Positions 15,060-31,519 of a DNA stretch of 64,000 nt are shown piece by piece. Every line of letters starts with the position of its first letter. Within the stretch, counting starts at the first letter, position 1. Source of the stretch: Octopus vulgaris (taxonomy: Eukaryota); the NCBI GenBank assembly GCA_951406725.2, contig OX597828.1, positions 16,554,001-16,618,000 on the forward strand, read 5' to 3'. The position numbers and the translations under genes are program-made. The notes below the pieces were generated by a model, which was given only the letters and a program-made list of their open reading frames with translations, made no database searches and was not told where the DNA came from.

Positions 15060-16271
15060 GGGGTTGATCTAGGAGCAAACAGCTGCAGTAACAGCAAAAG
15101 AGTGCCTATTGAAATAATGAAGGATTTCCACTCGGTTGTTTGACTTACTAGAAATAGCAACAAAATATTCATGAAAAGCCCCTTAATTGTCAGAAAAAGG
15201 AATAATATGGTTAATATGGCGCTGGAGGGAAACTACTTTGTCACCGCTTGAACGCCATTGATCACGTGTCTGCTCAATCCTGGCTGACCTTAATGTAAAC
15301 CCCAACAACAACAACAACAACAATAACAACAATGAGCATTCTATTACATATAACATAGAAACGAGAAATATAGATATCTTGTATAGTACACACACACACA
15401 CACACACACACAAACATACACACTCACTCACACACAAACACACGCACATTCACACACACACGCAACCCTTCTCCTGCAACCATTATTACTAGTAAGATCA
15501 CTGACACCGCCACCATCACCGCCACCAACACCATCGCCACCACCACCGCAACCGCGACCACCAAGATCACCAACACCATACCGTAATATATCATCTATGT
15601 CATATATAAGTCAACCAAGCGTATATTACCTCTATCATTACAAACAGACCGTATATCATGTATAATACATTATCAGCCATATGTATACATCATCTGTAAT
15701 GCAGCCACTCAGATATATAATACATCATATATTCTACTAACTAGGCATATATCATGCCTAACGCATACTACCAGGAATGTATCACATTATAGAACACACA
15801 CACATACACACACACACAGGCACACATGTTCACACACAAATGTACTCAAACATGCACGCCACACGTGTATACGCACGATTGTTCGTATAGAGAAACGTGC
15901 TAAAGTTCTGTGACGCACTGCATACTCTCGTGCATACACAATTCGCGCTCAACTCATGCGTAGGCATTGAGCCTTTATAGTTCTTCCTATAATAATAGTT
16001 TTGGTTGGTCCCAAGCTTTCAAATGAAAATCAAAATAATAGCAGAAAGATAAGACATTACAAAAGTTCAGATAAATGTAAGCATATATGTACACATATTG
16101 ATATTTGTGTGCATATATGCATGCATGTATGTATGTATGTATGTATGTATGTATGTATGTATGTATGTATGTATGTATGTATGTATGTATGTATGTATGT
16201 ATGTATGTATGCATGTATGTATGTATGTATTTATGCATATATATATATATATATACAAATATATGTGCACG

Positions 16272-16310
<39 letters not shown>

Positions 16311-16579
16311 TAGTAGAGGAACCCGGCGTTGCCCAGGAATAAAATAGTTCCTTATATATCGGAAGGAAAGAACAAAATATGTTCTATAGAAATTTGTTAT
16401 TCTAAATTCAAATTATTCAGTTAGGATACAAATTATTCTTCAGTTTGAAATAAATTCTGAATGCATAACACAAATAAATAAATAAATAAATAAATAAAAT
16501 AATAAAAACGAAAATACAAAAAAAAATTACCAATTTTATGAAGGGAGAAAAAATTCCATCACATATGTTGAAGGAAATC

Positions 16580-17560
16580 ACATAAGAGTGTCTGGGTAAA
16601 CAAAACATTCTTTGTTCTTTGGTTTGGAGCATAGACAAATAATTCTTGCAAACTACGAACCCTGGAGCAACCCACATGACGTTGACCACGAAAAAAGCAA
16701 AACTCCATTAAGTGCAAGCCAGCAAATTTCAAAGTCTAACCTTGAGCTTTATTAATAGACATTGCGAAGCAAAGTCGCACGAGGAATTGTGTTCATTTAA
16801 ACTTAAAAGTTATGTCTGTTGGTTTGATTAGAATTCTTGGAATGAATACCTCTTTATGGCACATCCATAATCCCTGGATTATGGCACATCCATAATCCTT
16901 GGATGTGCCCTCGGGGTACATCCAGGATTATGGCAATTTCTATCACAATAGGCGATAATGTCTTCACAATCAACTTTGTCCCATTGCATAACATTGGAGG
17001 ACCTAAATTTCTAAAGCATTATCAGGACTTCTACCTTCAGAAAAAGTTTATGTGGAGGAGTTCCAGGTGGCTCAAGAGAATTAAGGAATTCACCTGTGTA
17101 ATGGACAACTTGATATTCATCAAGGACTGAATCAACTGATTTGTACTCCTTAATGATGGTTGGAATCTTCTTCATTAATTCATGGTTAATCTTTGCTACT
17201 CTCATTTTTTGGAGCAAGAATTGCTTTTTCACACAACCATTTATGTGAATTTTTAATTATTACTTAAGTCTGGAAATATCTCGGCTGGGGAATTCACCAT
17301 GATAGCGATATGAGCCAAATTGTATCACCATTCCCATCAAATGGTACTTTCTTATTTCCTAATTGGAGGAGCCCGGTTGAAAACGGTTTTGCATACTGGT
17401 CACCATGTAATAGAGCCTGCATGTTAGTATTGAAGAAGTTTATTCCATAGGTGTGAAGTCTTAATGCATATTTTTATTTCATCAGCTCTTGTTCCTCTCG
17501 GAATGACTGGTAATGTGTGTCTGAAGTCTCTTGATAAAACTAATGTAATCTTCCCATAGA
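16580..17560 (-). pseudogene. Helitron PIF1-like helicase, C-terminal half, disrupted
   Basis: Translations LVLSRDFRHTLPVIPRGTRADE, EFLNSLEPPGTPPHKLFLKV..LRNLGPPMLCNGTKL and FAMSINKAQG*..GQRHVGCSRV match Helitron helicase motifs; stops and frameshifts present. Confidence 0.9.
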
Positions 17561-17561
17561 T

Positions 17562-18290
17562 TTATTGTTGCCTCTTATGTCCTTCTCTAATAGTTTTGCT
17601 ACTAAAGTAGCTCATTTGGAAAGCGGAATTATAATTCCTAAAGTTTTCCAAGAAGTGCATGCCCATTGGTGTGTTTCCCCAAAGCAATGCACTCAAAGTA
17701 TCTGTTGGTGCACCAAACGTCGGTAAAACAACCGTTCCTCTATTACAGCACATAGCGATTTCTCTTTCACATTTCTTTCCTTTACAAAAACTGCACTCTT
17801 TTCACATTGCTCCAATATCAATCAATTTCTCTGTATAATAATCCTGTTTTGGGTCATAGTTGAAAGCTGATCTTTTCAAGTCCCCTTAAAAGATGCAACA
17901 CTTTTGTCAAACGTATTCAGCCTATCTTGGTGAAGACGCTTACGTCTTCCCTCTGAGGATTGGTGAAGTCTTGTAGCAACTGTTTGCTCCTGGCTTTATA
18001 TTCTTTGTCTAATCTCTCACTGACTTATCTCATTGGTAACTCTGGCAGCTCGTCTTCGTCTCGCATCCTTTAAACGTTTTTTTTCTCTTTCCTTTTTTGA
18101 CTCTTGACTCCTGCGGACTGCATTTTGTTGACGTAATTGTTCTAACCGTTTTGCTCTTGGCTTTTCTTGTGATTCATTGGCCCTACCTGCAGCTGCTCTC
18201 ATTCGGTCGTTTTCATGCCATTGCTGTCGTTGTGCAGGGGTCACTAGTGATCTTACTCTGGCTACCCGTACTCGTCTTTGCTTCATTGTA
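17562..18290 (-). pseudogene. Helitron RepHel N-terminal region
   Basis: R/E/Q-rich leader, then ECSFC..MCCNRGTVVLP..HFLENFRNYNSAFQMS, typical of the Cys-rich N-terminus of RepHel. Confidence 0.85.
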
Positions 18291-18441
18291 GAATAATGAC
18301 CATCCACATCTACTCCGTCTACGCTTGTAGGGATTGAGATCATTTTCCTTGGAAACTTTTTTGAATATAAAAATGGAGATTAAATAAAGAAAATGATTGA
18401 ATGTTAGGTGAGTATCGGTGATAGTTGAACGCCGCACGCAT

Positions 18442-18481
<40 letters not shown>

Positions 18482-18841
18482 ACACATACACACACACATA
18501 CAGTATCAAACAAACATCAGCGTCTCCCTCTCTCTCTCTCTCTCTCTCTCACTCTCTCTCTCCAGCTCTCTTCAAACTTCTATAGAAACTTATTTTCTCT
18601 CTGTTTCTTTCTCATTTCCCTCTATCCTTTTTTATTCAGTGTTTCTTTCGCTCACACATATAATCTCTCACTCCTCATAATGATTCATCTCTTTTAGCCT
18701 ATGTCTCTTTCTTACACACAGACACGCGCGCGCGCATACACACGCTCTTTATATGCTTTACATATAAGATATAAAATATAGTAATATATAAGGATACCAG
18801 TAATTATTATTATTATATATATATATATGTATATATGTAAG

Positions 18842-18887
<46 letters not shown>

Positions 18888-18981
18888 CATATATATATAT
18901 ACATACATACACACACATATATATGTATGTATATATATATATATGTATATATATGCATATATATATATACATATATGTATG

Positions 18982-19091
<110 letters not shown>

Positions 19092-19283
19092 TATATGAGT
19101 GTGTGTATATAACTTTATAGACATGTGTATATTCTTCTCCTTTTGTGTGTTTCTCTTTATCTATCTTTCAGTCTGTGTCTGTCTGTCGCTATCTATCTAC
19201 CTATTTATCTATCTAGCTATTACTCTCTCCCTGTCTCTTCCTCTATCTCCTTCTGTCTTTCTCTCTGTCTCTCTCTGTCTCTC

Positions 19284-19356
<73 letters not shown>

Positions 19357-19709
19357 GCGTACAAATACACACATAAAACACACCACACACACAAAAGACA
19401 CAAACACCCACACATATCGATTAACGAAATTATGCTAATTTTGTTTTTAGCATACATTATCGCTAATTATTTTTCTCATTTTTATCGAAAAATTAATTAC
19501 AACTGACACGTGTGTACGTGAGTGTGTGTGTCTGCGTGTGTATATGCGTGCGTCCATGCTTGTGTGTACGCATATGTCTAAACGAAATATAAACAATTAA
19601 TTCTCAACTCTTTTAATTTTATTCCACAATGGAGACAAACCAATAATCACAATTTCTCTGTCAAATGGGTGGATAAAAATAAAAAAAAACCCAAAAAAAC
19701 AGAAGTATA

Positions 19710-19881
19710 GGCGCAGGAGTGGCTGTGTGGTAAGTAGCTTGTTAACCAACCACATGGTTCCGGGTTCAGTCCCACTGCGTGGCATCTTGGGCAAGTGTCT
19801 TCTGCTATAGCCCCGGACCGACCAATGCCTTGTGAGTGGATTTGGTAGACGGAAACTGAAAAGAAGCCTGTCGTATATATG

Positions 19882-19920
<39 letters not shown>

Positions 19921-20143
19921 ATGTGTTTGTGTGTCTGTGTTTGTCCCCCTAGCATTGCTTGACAACCGATGCTGGTGTGTTTACGTCCCCGTTACTTAGC
20001 GGTTCGGCAAAAAAGAGACCGATAGAATAAGTAGTGGGCTTACAAAGAATAGGTCCCGGGGTCGATTTCCTCGACTAAAGGTGGTGCTCCAGCATGGCCG
20101 CAGTCAAATGACTGAAACAAGTAAAAGAGTAAAAGAGTAAAGA
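19710..20143 (+). mobile_element. Full-length family A SINE
   Basis: Head, CORE-like segment, central (TA)n(TG)n and tail all intact. Confidence 0.92.
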
Positions 20144-20986
20144 GAAGTAAAGAGGAAAAAAGCTATATTTTAAAATTTGAAATTTAGAAAAAAATCTACA
20201 AATCTATTGCTTATGTTTTTTTTTTTTATCAATCAGACTTGTATATAACAATATTGTGAATAACACGTTTTGAAGATGCTCCATCATGAGCATGGGCTCC
20301 CTGTACTCTGAAATTATATCTTGCAGTTCGGACGTAGAGGGTTTGTTGGACACAGTGTGAGACGACTGTTGCTATCGTTAGGCCTAACTCATCGTTCATC
20401 TTATGATGTTTTGCCATCACCTACGAATATAGTAAGATGGAATGTCTAAGAGAATGGCAAATGCGAATGCGGAAAGGTCGGAACAACGAAACATATTCTT
20501 TCCAACTGTTCATTAACATTGAACAGGTATACATGGATACACAACTTGGTCCTTAAGGTTATCTTCTATGCTATAAAGAACCAAATTCATCTCAACAACA
20601 CTGAGAAAAAAAACTGTTGAAAGTAACATCAAGAGATTTCGTTACCTTCGTACGATCAGGTCAGCAGGTCCGTTTCATCTTAACAGCGCTCTTAGAGTTC
20701 TTCCGTGACGTGTCGTTTGCGATTCACCGGTTGAAGGACTAATCATTTTGTTTTGTGATAGGCTTAAATCTCGTCGACTAATGAAAGTTTTGTTTGTGAC
20801 AAAGTCAGGAGTTCTCATGACCCATCTATCACCAAGACTCAAACTGACCACTGGCGATAAATTAGAAGTGTTTAGGACATTAGTAGATTTCTCTTGTGGT
20901 ATTTGTTTTGGCATTACGATCCCGAATGCACATGGAAAATTGATATTTTCTGAATTTGTTCAATTCTTTTTGTCAAATCGTCTATA

Positions 20987-21809
<823 letters not shown>

Positions 21810-22078
21810 GAGAGAGAGAGTAACACGAGCAGTTCTATATGGGTGGCACTACAGGATTGAAAACATTGTCATTGTTATGACATCCAGTCGACAGTTGATG
21901 TAGGTATTGCACGTATTACGTCCCTTTGTTTCGTTTTTCTTCTATTCCTTCAATAGCTATTTCTTTATCTACTTATACATACCTGCATACATACACATCA
22001 TGTTGAACCGTTAATCCTGACACATTTGTTTCTCACCGGTTTTATTTTCGTTCTTTCCGTATTTTTTTCCTCTCAATA

Positions 22079-22114
22079 ATTTCAGTCGAAGAGGATAAGC
22101 TCGAAACGCTAAAT
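22079..22114 (+). ncRNA. Degenerate minimal hammerhead-like motif in a short Penelope-type repeat (about 22000-22203)
   Basis: ATTT-CAGTCGA-A-GAG(gataag)CTC-GAAAC-GCT-AAAT, followed by cctgagcg as in sister copies. Confidence 0.5.
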
Positions 22115-22199
22115 GCTTTTCCAGTCTTCCTGAGCGTTAAACTAATACACGTGGTTGTTGTCCCTTCAACTGATTCCGTCTTTTGTTCTCTGTAAATTT

Positions 22200-22333
<134 letters not shown>

Positions 22334-22363
22334 TGTATGTATGTATGTATATCTTTATATATA

Positions 22364-23081
<718 letters not shown>

Positions 23082-23312
23082 GGTATAAAATATTTTTATA
23101 CAGAAAGAGGAGATCCTTGACAGGACTCCTTACAAGTTAAAAAGGCCTTACATGCTGAAAAGGTATCCTCTTTGTGTATAAACATGCTTTATACACTTCT
23201 ATGTTTTAAAAAATATGTTATGTTTCATTGACTTTTATTTATGCATGCTAACCACGTTAAGTTATTTTATTACGCATACATATACGCTATATATATATAT
23301 GTGTGTGTGTGT

Positions 23313-23353
<41 letters not shown>

Positions 23354-23651
23354 GAGATACAGGAAAAGAGAGAAGGAGATAGATAGGTATATAGATAAAA
23401 ACACATAATATATATACATGTATTCCCATATGCACATAATATATATATATATATTATATATAGCAAATACGTATTTACATATGTACTTGTCTAATACTTT
23501 CACCCTCACTTTATCTCTCTCTCTCTCTCTCTATCTATCTATGGGTCTTTCGTTCTCTATAAATATACATACGTACATATACATAGAGATACAAATAATA
23601 TCTATTTCCCTGTTTATCCTTCAATTTTCTATGTATTTATCTCTCTCTGAC

Positions 23652-23764
<113 letters not shown>

Positions 23765-23765
23765 G

Positions 23766-23809
<44 letters not shown>

Positions 23810-24026
23810 AATTTATCTATCTATCTATGAAAACACACAAACATATAAACATATATGTCTACTAAGATGTAATATATATACATGTAATATAAACACTTCA
23901 GACAGAAACTGAACAGCCACTCTACACGGAGTAGTAGGTTAAAAGTCTCTTAAAGAAGGACCTCCCTCATCAACAATGTGTCTATATTCACCTATACATA
24001 TACATACACACTCACACACACACATA

Positions 24027-24103
<77 letters not shown>

Positions 24104-24476
24104 ATCTGTGCCTGCGTGTGTGTATGTATGTGTGTCTAAGTATGTATGTATTTGCATGTGTGTATACTTCTATACGTGTGAAAATGCCTCTCTTCTGTTA
24201 TAGCTACCATGAATGTATTTTTATGTTTACTTGACATACCAGTCCACACACACAGACACAGCAACATGTTTTGTCTCTGCCCTCTATATCCATACTTAAA
24301 GTCTGTTTGTATACTTTGTATATCTCTATATGTATATGTATGAGTGTGTGTATGTGTGTGTGTCTGCTTATGTATATATGTGTATACACATACACATAGA
24401 TACATACACACATATACATGTATATATATATATATGTATATATACAAGTATGTAGGTATGTATATATACCTATATA

Positions 24477-24537
<61 letters not shown>

Positions 24538-25255
24538 TTGTAAGTATATATGTATGTATATATATGTGTATATAACTCTACGGAAGCTGAAACAACAATG
24601 CATATATGTTTATCTGCCACTTAACATATGTACTCTTCCACGTGTCTGTTTTCTTCTATGACTAACAATTCTTCTTCGTCTTCTTCTTCTTCTTCTTCTT
24701 CTTCTTCTTCTTCTTCTTCCTCTACGTCTTTTTCTGTTTCTTCCTATTGTTATTTTTTCTTAAGTTCTGTTACTGATATTTCTCTTGACAGGTATAACTA
24801 TTCTTCACGTTCTGTATTTCTTTCTTCTTGAATCAGATTTGTTTTAAAAATACGAAAACATGTTCATGGAAAGGTACCGTCAAAAAGTCATTTGAAAACT
24901 CTAGTTTGATAAAAGGAACTTGCTCGTTGGGTGTCTTTAGCTTACACCACTATGTTCTGAGCATTTGAACCAGGCCACAGCTCTTAAAAATAATTACTCG
25001 TCTTTAGTCATGTAAGTTTTTTAGGCATCATAGGTATTGATGTTTCCTTGACGATGAAGCTATAGAAAGATCACAAAGGTATCTTGTCAACTGTGTTCTT
25101 GCAATAAATTGCAAAGATAATCTGAAACTCAACCGAGGAAAGAAAATTCCGAATGACCCGTCCTTGTTTTCTTTGTATCGTATATCTGGATGTTATATTG
25201 TCACTTTTTTGTATCACCTAACTGTCTGGATGTTTTGCGTTCTTGTTCCATTTTG

Positions 25256-25320
<65 letters not shown>

Positions 25321-25342
25321 AAAGTTGACTGCAGTGGAAACG

Positions 25343-25410
25343 AGTAGCGTAGCCGAACGGTCTAAGGCGCTGACTTAATGCACCAGTCTCTTCGAATCCC
25401 ACCACTGCCA
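25343..25410 (+). pseudogene. tRNA-Leu(AAG)-derived pseudogene
   Basis: agtagcgtagccgaacggtctaaggcgctg..gcaccagtctcttcg/aatcccaccactgcca follows eukaryotic tRNA-Leu but lacks about 14 nt of variable arm and T-stem; the anticodon reads AAT. Confidence 0.85.
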
Positions 25411-25758
25411 ACGTTTGTTCTCTCTTTATATATATATATATTCAGAAAGAGAGAAAGAGCCAGGCAGAGAGAGGAAGAGAGGGAAAGGAGGGGGACTAAT
25501 AACAAGCATCTCCTCCATGTCTCACGCTATTCTTTTCCTTGTGGAAAGGAGAAATTCGATAATATGGCTGCAAGGATAAGAAGCTCAATTTTCGCTCGAG
25601 ATTTTTTTCTGCATTTTAACGTTTGATCTTGCTGTACTGTACTCTCGGTAGATGATTTCTACTGTAGCCATACTATAACGAATAACATTTGAATACTGTG
25701 CGGAACACATCGACTATGCGCTTCTGTGTGTGTCTATGTGTGTGAGTATGTGTGTGCG

Positions 25759-25799
<41 letters not shown>

Positions 25800-25859
25800 T
25801 GTGTGTGTGTGTTAGTGTATGCGTGTGCGTGTATCTTTATCTTTTGTCTTTTATGTTTT

Positions 25860-26220
25860 CTTTCAATCATTAGACTGGTCATGCTGGGGCAACACTTTGA
25901 AGAAATTTTAGTCGAATGCATTGACTCCAGCATTTCTTCATTTATATATTTGTTTCGCTAACCCTGGTACTTATTCTGTCGGCGGCTTTTGCGAACCTCT
26001 AGTTTACGGAGGCATAAACACGCCAACACCGGTTACCAAGTTGTGGTAGAGCTAAACACAGACACAACGACACAAACACACACACAAACAATATGCACAC
26101 GCGCACACATACATACGACCAGCTTCTTTCAGTTTCCACCAACTTGCCCTGGTTGTCACGCACTGAACCCGGAACCATATCGTTGGGAAGTAAGCTTATT
26201 ATCGCATTGCCACTTCTGCA
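25860..26220 (-). mobile_element. Degenerate family A SINE
   Basis: Patchy tail, acgaccagcttctttcagtttcc and ctgaacccggaaccat head. Confidence 0.65.
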
Positions 26221-26396
26221 CCAATATATAAATATATAAATATGTGATGTGTATATGTGTGTGTGTGTGTGTGTGTATACACACATACATATAGTTAATT
26301 CATAAAAACGGAGTAAATAACAAGAAACGACAACAAGGAGAGGGCATAGCACATGTAAAGTATTAATAAGACGCTCAGAGAAAGTAAAGAGTGGTT

Positions 26397-26431
26397 GTTT
26401 TACGTTTCGAGCATAGCTCTTCTTTGGAAAC
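26397..26431 (-). ncRNA. Minimal hammerhead-like motif
   Basis: Minus strand GTTT-CCAAAGA-A-GAGC(tat)GCTC-GAAAC-GTA-AAAC; first core box mutated. Confidence 0.55.
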
Positions 26432-26484
26432 AGGAAACATTGGAAAGACCAAAGGAAAAAGGAATATAAAACACACACACACGC

Positions 26485-26579
<95 letters not shown>

Positions 26580-26679
26580 TATATATGTATAATTATATAA
26601 TAAATCGTATGGTATATATCTGGGAGCTTACCGGTAGAGCGCGTTCACTTTTAGTGTTCGGTGTGTATTTAAGTAATCA

Positions 26680-26736
26680 CAACACAACTGTTTCCATCTA
26701 AATAGCATCGATACTAGCATCGATTCTTCAGGGTTG
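26680..26736 (-). ncRNA. Decayed hammerhead motif
   Basis: Minus strand CAACC-CTGAAGA-ATC...GATG-GAAACAGTTGT-GTTG; cleavage site damaged. Confidence 0.55.
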
Positions 26737-27281
26737 CAATACTTAAAAACTGGCTCAGGAGCATCCGTCCGTATAGATGTGCTTCTTCGAGTAATAATTA
26801 GGTATCTTCTCAGTTGATCAATGATCAAATGAGTTGTAGTGATTAATAAAAGTTCACGTATCTTTCATCTTCCGTTTCTCTCATTAAACATGTATTCATA
26901 CATACATACATATATATATATAAATATGCATGTATATATACATACATATACATGTGTTTATATCTATATATGTGTGTATGTATGTATATATATATATATA
27001 TATGCCTGCGTACACGCATGTATATATATCTATATCTATCTATCAATATATCTATCCATCTAATTTTATATATATATATATATGCATGTATATATGTATG
27101 TATGTATGTATACATATATGTGCGTATGTGTGCATGTATTTACAAACCTATGCAGGTTTGCATGTTTGGATATCATGTTAGCAATCATCAAATCTTTCGA
27201 AATCAATATAATGTCGACACCAATGATTGTATGAAATGTTCTTCGCTTGTTAATAAAATCGTACACATACACAAGCACACG

Positions 27282-27347
<66 letters not shown>

Positions 27348-27473
27348 CACACTCTGAAGTGCGCGCAGAAATTGTCATATGCATTCAGGCGCAAATACAC
27401 ACGTATACGTATGTAGCTATGCATGTATGTATGCATACATATATATATATATTATGCACGCGTGATTGTATGC

Positions 27474-27504
<31 letters not shown>

Positions 27505-27637
27505 CATATATATATATATAGATATAGATATATATAGACATATCTATATATCTATATATACACATATATGTATACATATATATATACATATATACTTATA
27601 TATAAATCTATATATATCCAAAAGCTTACATATATAC

Positions 27638-27675
<38 letters not shown>

Positions 27676-27697
27676 CTATATGTATATATATACACAC

Positions 27698-27731
<34 letters not shown>

Positions 27732-28460
27732 CATAAATATATGCTATATATGTATATATATATATACATATATATATATATACATATATACAAATGCATA
27801 TGTACATATACGTATATATATATATATATATATAATTGAAAACGGAGGGAGACAGAGATCTCCTTGAAGTACAGTTGCACATCTGAAAGCCAATAAAGGA
27901 AACCGATGCAACTACACTAATAATCCTTTTTCTTATTATTGTTAATGAAATGTGACGTATTTACTTTGTGAATAAAACTTTAATTAATCTAAAGCGGTGT
28001 ATTTACTCAGCAGATGGCAAAAAAAGCAGAAACGAAAAAATGAATTCACTCACCATGTACTGACTAGAGATGAAATCACTGCACGATTAAAATTAACAGC
28101 TGATGTGTGTGTGTGTGTGTGCATATATATATTTACCTATGTATAGGCATACGATTTCCAATACGGAATGTATGAATAGACGGCAGATCTCATTTCTTCC
28201 CTTGATTTTATTTCACGTTCTGAATCCGTTGGTTTTGGCACAACACCTTACAATTCCTGGCGAAGAGGATGTAGTATAATATACTTAATTTATTGAGTCT
28301 AATGTAATTCTGTCATTATAGAAATTCTCATAAAGGCAAGGAAATTTATTAGAGTTAATAAGAGTTCATGTGAAGGAATGCAAGTGAAGTAACTCTGAAA
28401 TTGAAATACGTTAAAATCAAAATCAAAATTTGATCTTTGTTAAGTATGATGATAACTGTG

Positions 28461-28493
28461 ATCGTGTTTCGGTCTTATTAGACCTCATCACGG
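28461..28493 (-). ncRNA. Decayed hammerhead motif
   Basis: Minus strand ccGTGATGA-GGTCT(aata)AGACC-GAAACacgat: perfect stem II, damaged C3 and stems I/III. Confidence 0.45.
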
Positions 28494-29895
28494 ATATTCA
28501 TATATCAGTGGTGAGAGAGCAAGTGTGAGAGAATTAAAGGTTTGCCATGAACTTTATTCACTGATCAGTAGAATTTCCAATGAATCTGATTCCTTGTTAT
28601 AATTGCATTCAGATCTATGATGCAATATAGAAATATTATTTCGAGCACAGTCTTTGGCTGGTACTTTATGTTATCAACCGGGTAAGTATAAAAAGTAAAG
28701 ATGATCATGGAAGGAGTTGAACTTCATACGTAAAGGGGGTGTAACACAATATCGCAATTCCAATGATGGAGTGATTTCGAAATGCAACCAGATTCCTAGT
28801 GGAAATCAAATTACTCTTCGATAATACACATGCGGGGCACACTCCTCATGGTCAAAAGCTCTCCAGATGTTACAAGTCTTATGATAATTCAAGTTGAAAC
28901 CAATCTTTTCTTTTAACTAGAAGAGTAATGGCGGACTTCTATCAGGGACAATAACAAAAACTAAATAATTCCGAAATATTTTCCCGGTGTTCCATCCGTT
29001 TTTAACAACCAACAGCCTTATAAACTATCGATTATATCGACCCTTATACTAACTGACAGGCACTTATTTTATCGGACCTGCAAACTATGAAACGCAGAAA
29101 GCAGAATCGAAATTCGCTGGTAAAAGAGTGAGTAATCAATAAAACCGTGTTTGTGTCTTGTAGAGTGTACTGTACATCAACAAGTTGGCTTCCGGCAAGC
29201 TGAGATGGTGCTTCGGTTTCAATATCGTGTTGAAGTGAAGATATTTTGTTTTCCTTGCAAAACAACTATCTCTTTTGCGATGAAATATATAGTGCTTTTG
29301 CCCCATCAAAAGAATAAAAAAAAGAAAGGAACAAGAAGGATGAAAACGAACACGAAAAATACAACGATATTCAATGTAGAGATATCAGAAACAGAGCTGT
29401 ACTGAAATGCTTCCTGGGTATTCGGGGGTGGATATTGATTTCTCGGGAATCCTTATTTTTGATCTAACGTTAAATTGTTAAGAAGGCAAGGAAGTTCTGT
29501 AAGAAAACTTAACATTGACTACATTAACGGAACGTAAGTTTGTCCTTTGAACTCAATACGTGGTAAGGAAAAACTGCGTCCAAAATAAACTAAAATTCAC
29601 ATACTGAAACACACATGTGTATATATGAACACGGACACATGTATAATGCAATATAATATAATTTGATAGAATATAATATGATATGATGTAATGTAATATA
29701 ATATATTATATGAACGGATATACACACACGAACGCTCAAAAAATATTCATGTGTTAAAAAGGGTACTTTAAAAGGTGCAATGAAAAAGGACTCAATGCAA
29801 ATTCACAGTCGAAGAAATCTTTGGTTTCAAATTCAACAGAAACCTTGAAGGTTCACCGCTAATTATGCAAATTTGAAACCACTGACCAACTTGAA

Positions 29896-29957
<62 letters not shown>

Positions 29958-30019
29958 GTGTGTGCATATACATATATAAATACTCATACTCATGTATATG
30001 TATACACATATAAAATATA

Positions 30020-30057
<38 letters not shown>

Positions 30058-30241
30058 TGTGTGCGTGCATATACATATATAAATACTCATATTCACGTAT
30101 ATGTATACACATATACAAAATACATACACACATGTATGTATATTTAAATATGTGTGTGTGTGTATGTATATATGTATGTAATATATGTGTTTATATTCAC
30201 ATATACACACATATACATACGAATATATATGTAATTTATCT

Positions 30242-30320
<79 letters not shown>

Positions 30321-31094
30321 CACACACACTCAGACACACATATGTGTAAATGCGTGTATGTTTGCTTGTGTGTGTATGTGTATGTATGTGTGTGTGTGTG
30401 TGTGTGTGTGCGCGTGATTCTATGATATTAAAGAAATTGACCGACTCTGTTGAAATCCATGTCCTTGAGATATTTCTTGTATCTTTATATTTCTCAAGTT
30501 CAAATCTCTCCGGAATCAACTTGCCCTTCATTCTCCCTTTCTTATAATAAATCGAGCATCCTCCTGCATCTCCTCCACCTGCTTCTCCTCCTCTTCCTCC
30601 TCTTCCTCCTCTTCCTCCTCCTCCTCCTCCTCATCCTCCTCTCTCTCTCTCTCTTTTCCTCCTTTCAAATTTAAGGGTTAGTGTCTTTGTTAGAAATCAA
30701 TATTTATATACTTTCCGTGCACGTTAAAATCTATAATTTATGTTTCAGGGGAGCAAATTTTTTCAAATATTCCAATATTTCCATAGAAACGGTTTATCTT
30801 GATTCTTTGATAAAGGTTTACCATTTCTCCATGGCATGGCATGAAGCTTGGAATATTGTCAGATTGGTGTTGCTTCTTGCTTCTCTTGTATCTTGTAATA
30901 TTTCCTTTCTTTTTTTTTTTTTTATATATTTTGGTTTTGCATCTGCTCCCAGCTTTAAGAACAATATTTGGCTCTGCGAAGTAATGAGAAGGCAACTATA
31001 TGGTCATTCGCTCGACTAGAAATAGCAGTCCAATCTTTCTCAATTCACCAACTTCTCCCTTTAAATGAATAAGAAAAAAGTGTGTGCATACGTG

Positions 31095-31515
31095 CAAGCA
31101 TGGCTGTGTTGTTAAGACGTTTGCTTTGCAACAATGTGGTTGCGGGTTCAAATATATTGCACGGCACTTTGGGTAGATGTCTTCTACTATAGCCTAAAGC
31201 TAACCAATAAATTGTGAATGAATTTAGTTGATGAAAACTGTGTGGAATCCCGTCATATACATACATACACACATACACACACACACATATATATGTCCTT
31301 GTTTGTCCCCTCTGTGGGTAATAAAGAAATAGGTATTGGTTTGTTTACATCCACGTAGTAGTTAAGCAAAAGATGTACCTGATTCTAAAAAAAAGAAGAC
31401 CCCGAAACATAAGCACCAGGAACGATTTCTTCGGCTAAATCCCTTCAGATGGTGCTCCAACATTGTGGTGAAATCCAGTGGTGCTTCAGAGTGGTGAAAT
31501 CCAATGAGTAAAAGA
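31095..31515 (+). mobile_element. Old family A SINE
   Basis: catggctgtgt head, tgtcttctactatagcct, microsatellite, ggtgctcca tail. Confidence 0.6.
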
Positions 31516-31519
31516 TATA

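Larger units (their letters stand above)
16310..18769 (-). mobile_element. Internally deleted Helitron with RepHel remnants
   Basis: 3' CTAG at 16310-16313 with subterminal hairpin; PIF1-type helicase and Rep N-terminal remnants. The 5' A|TC at 18769 is tentative. Confidence 0.9.

Noticed and set aside
26628-26828. Possible minus-strand exon ending at a GTAAGC donor
   Set aside because: Better explained as a hammerhead-bearing repeat relic; no protein similarity recognised.
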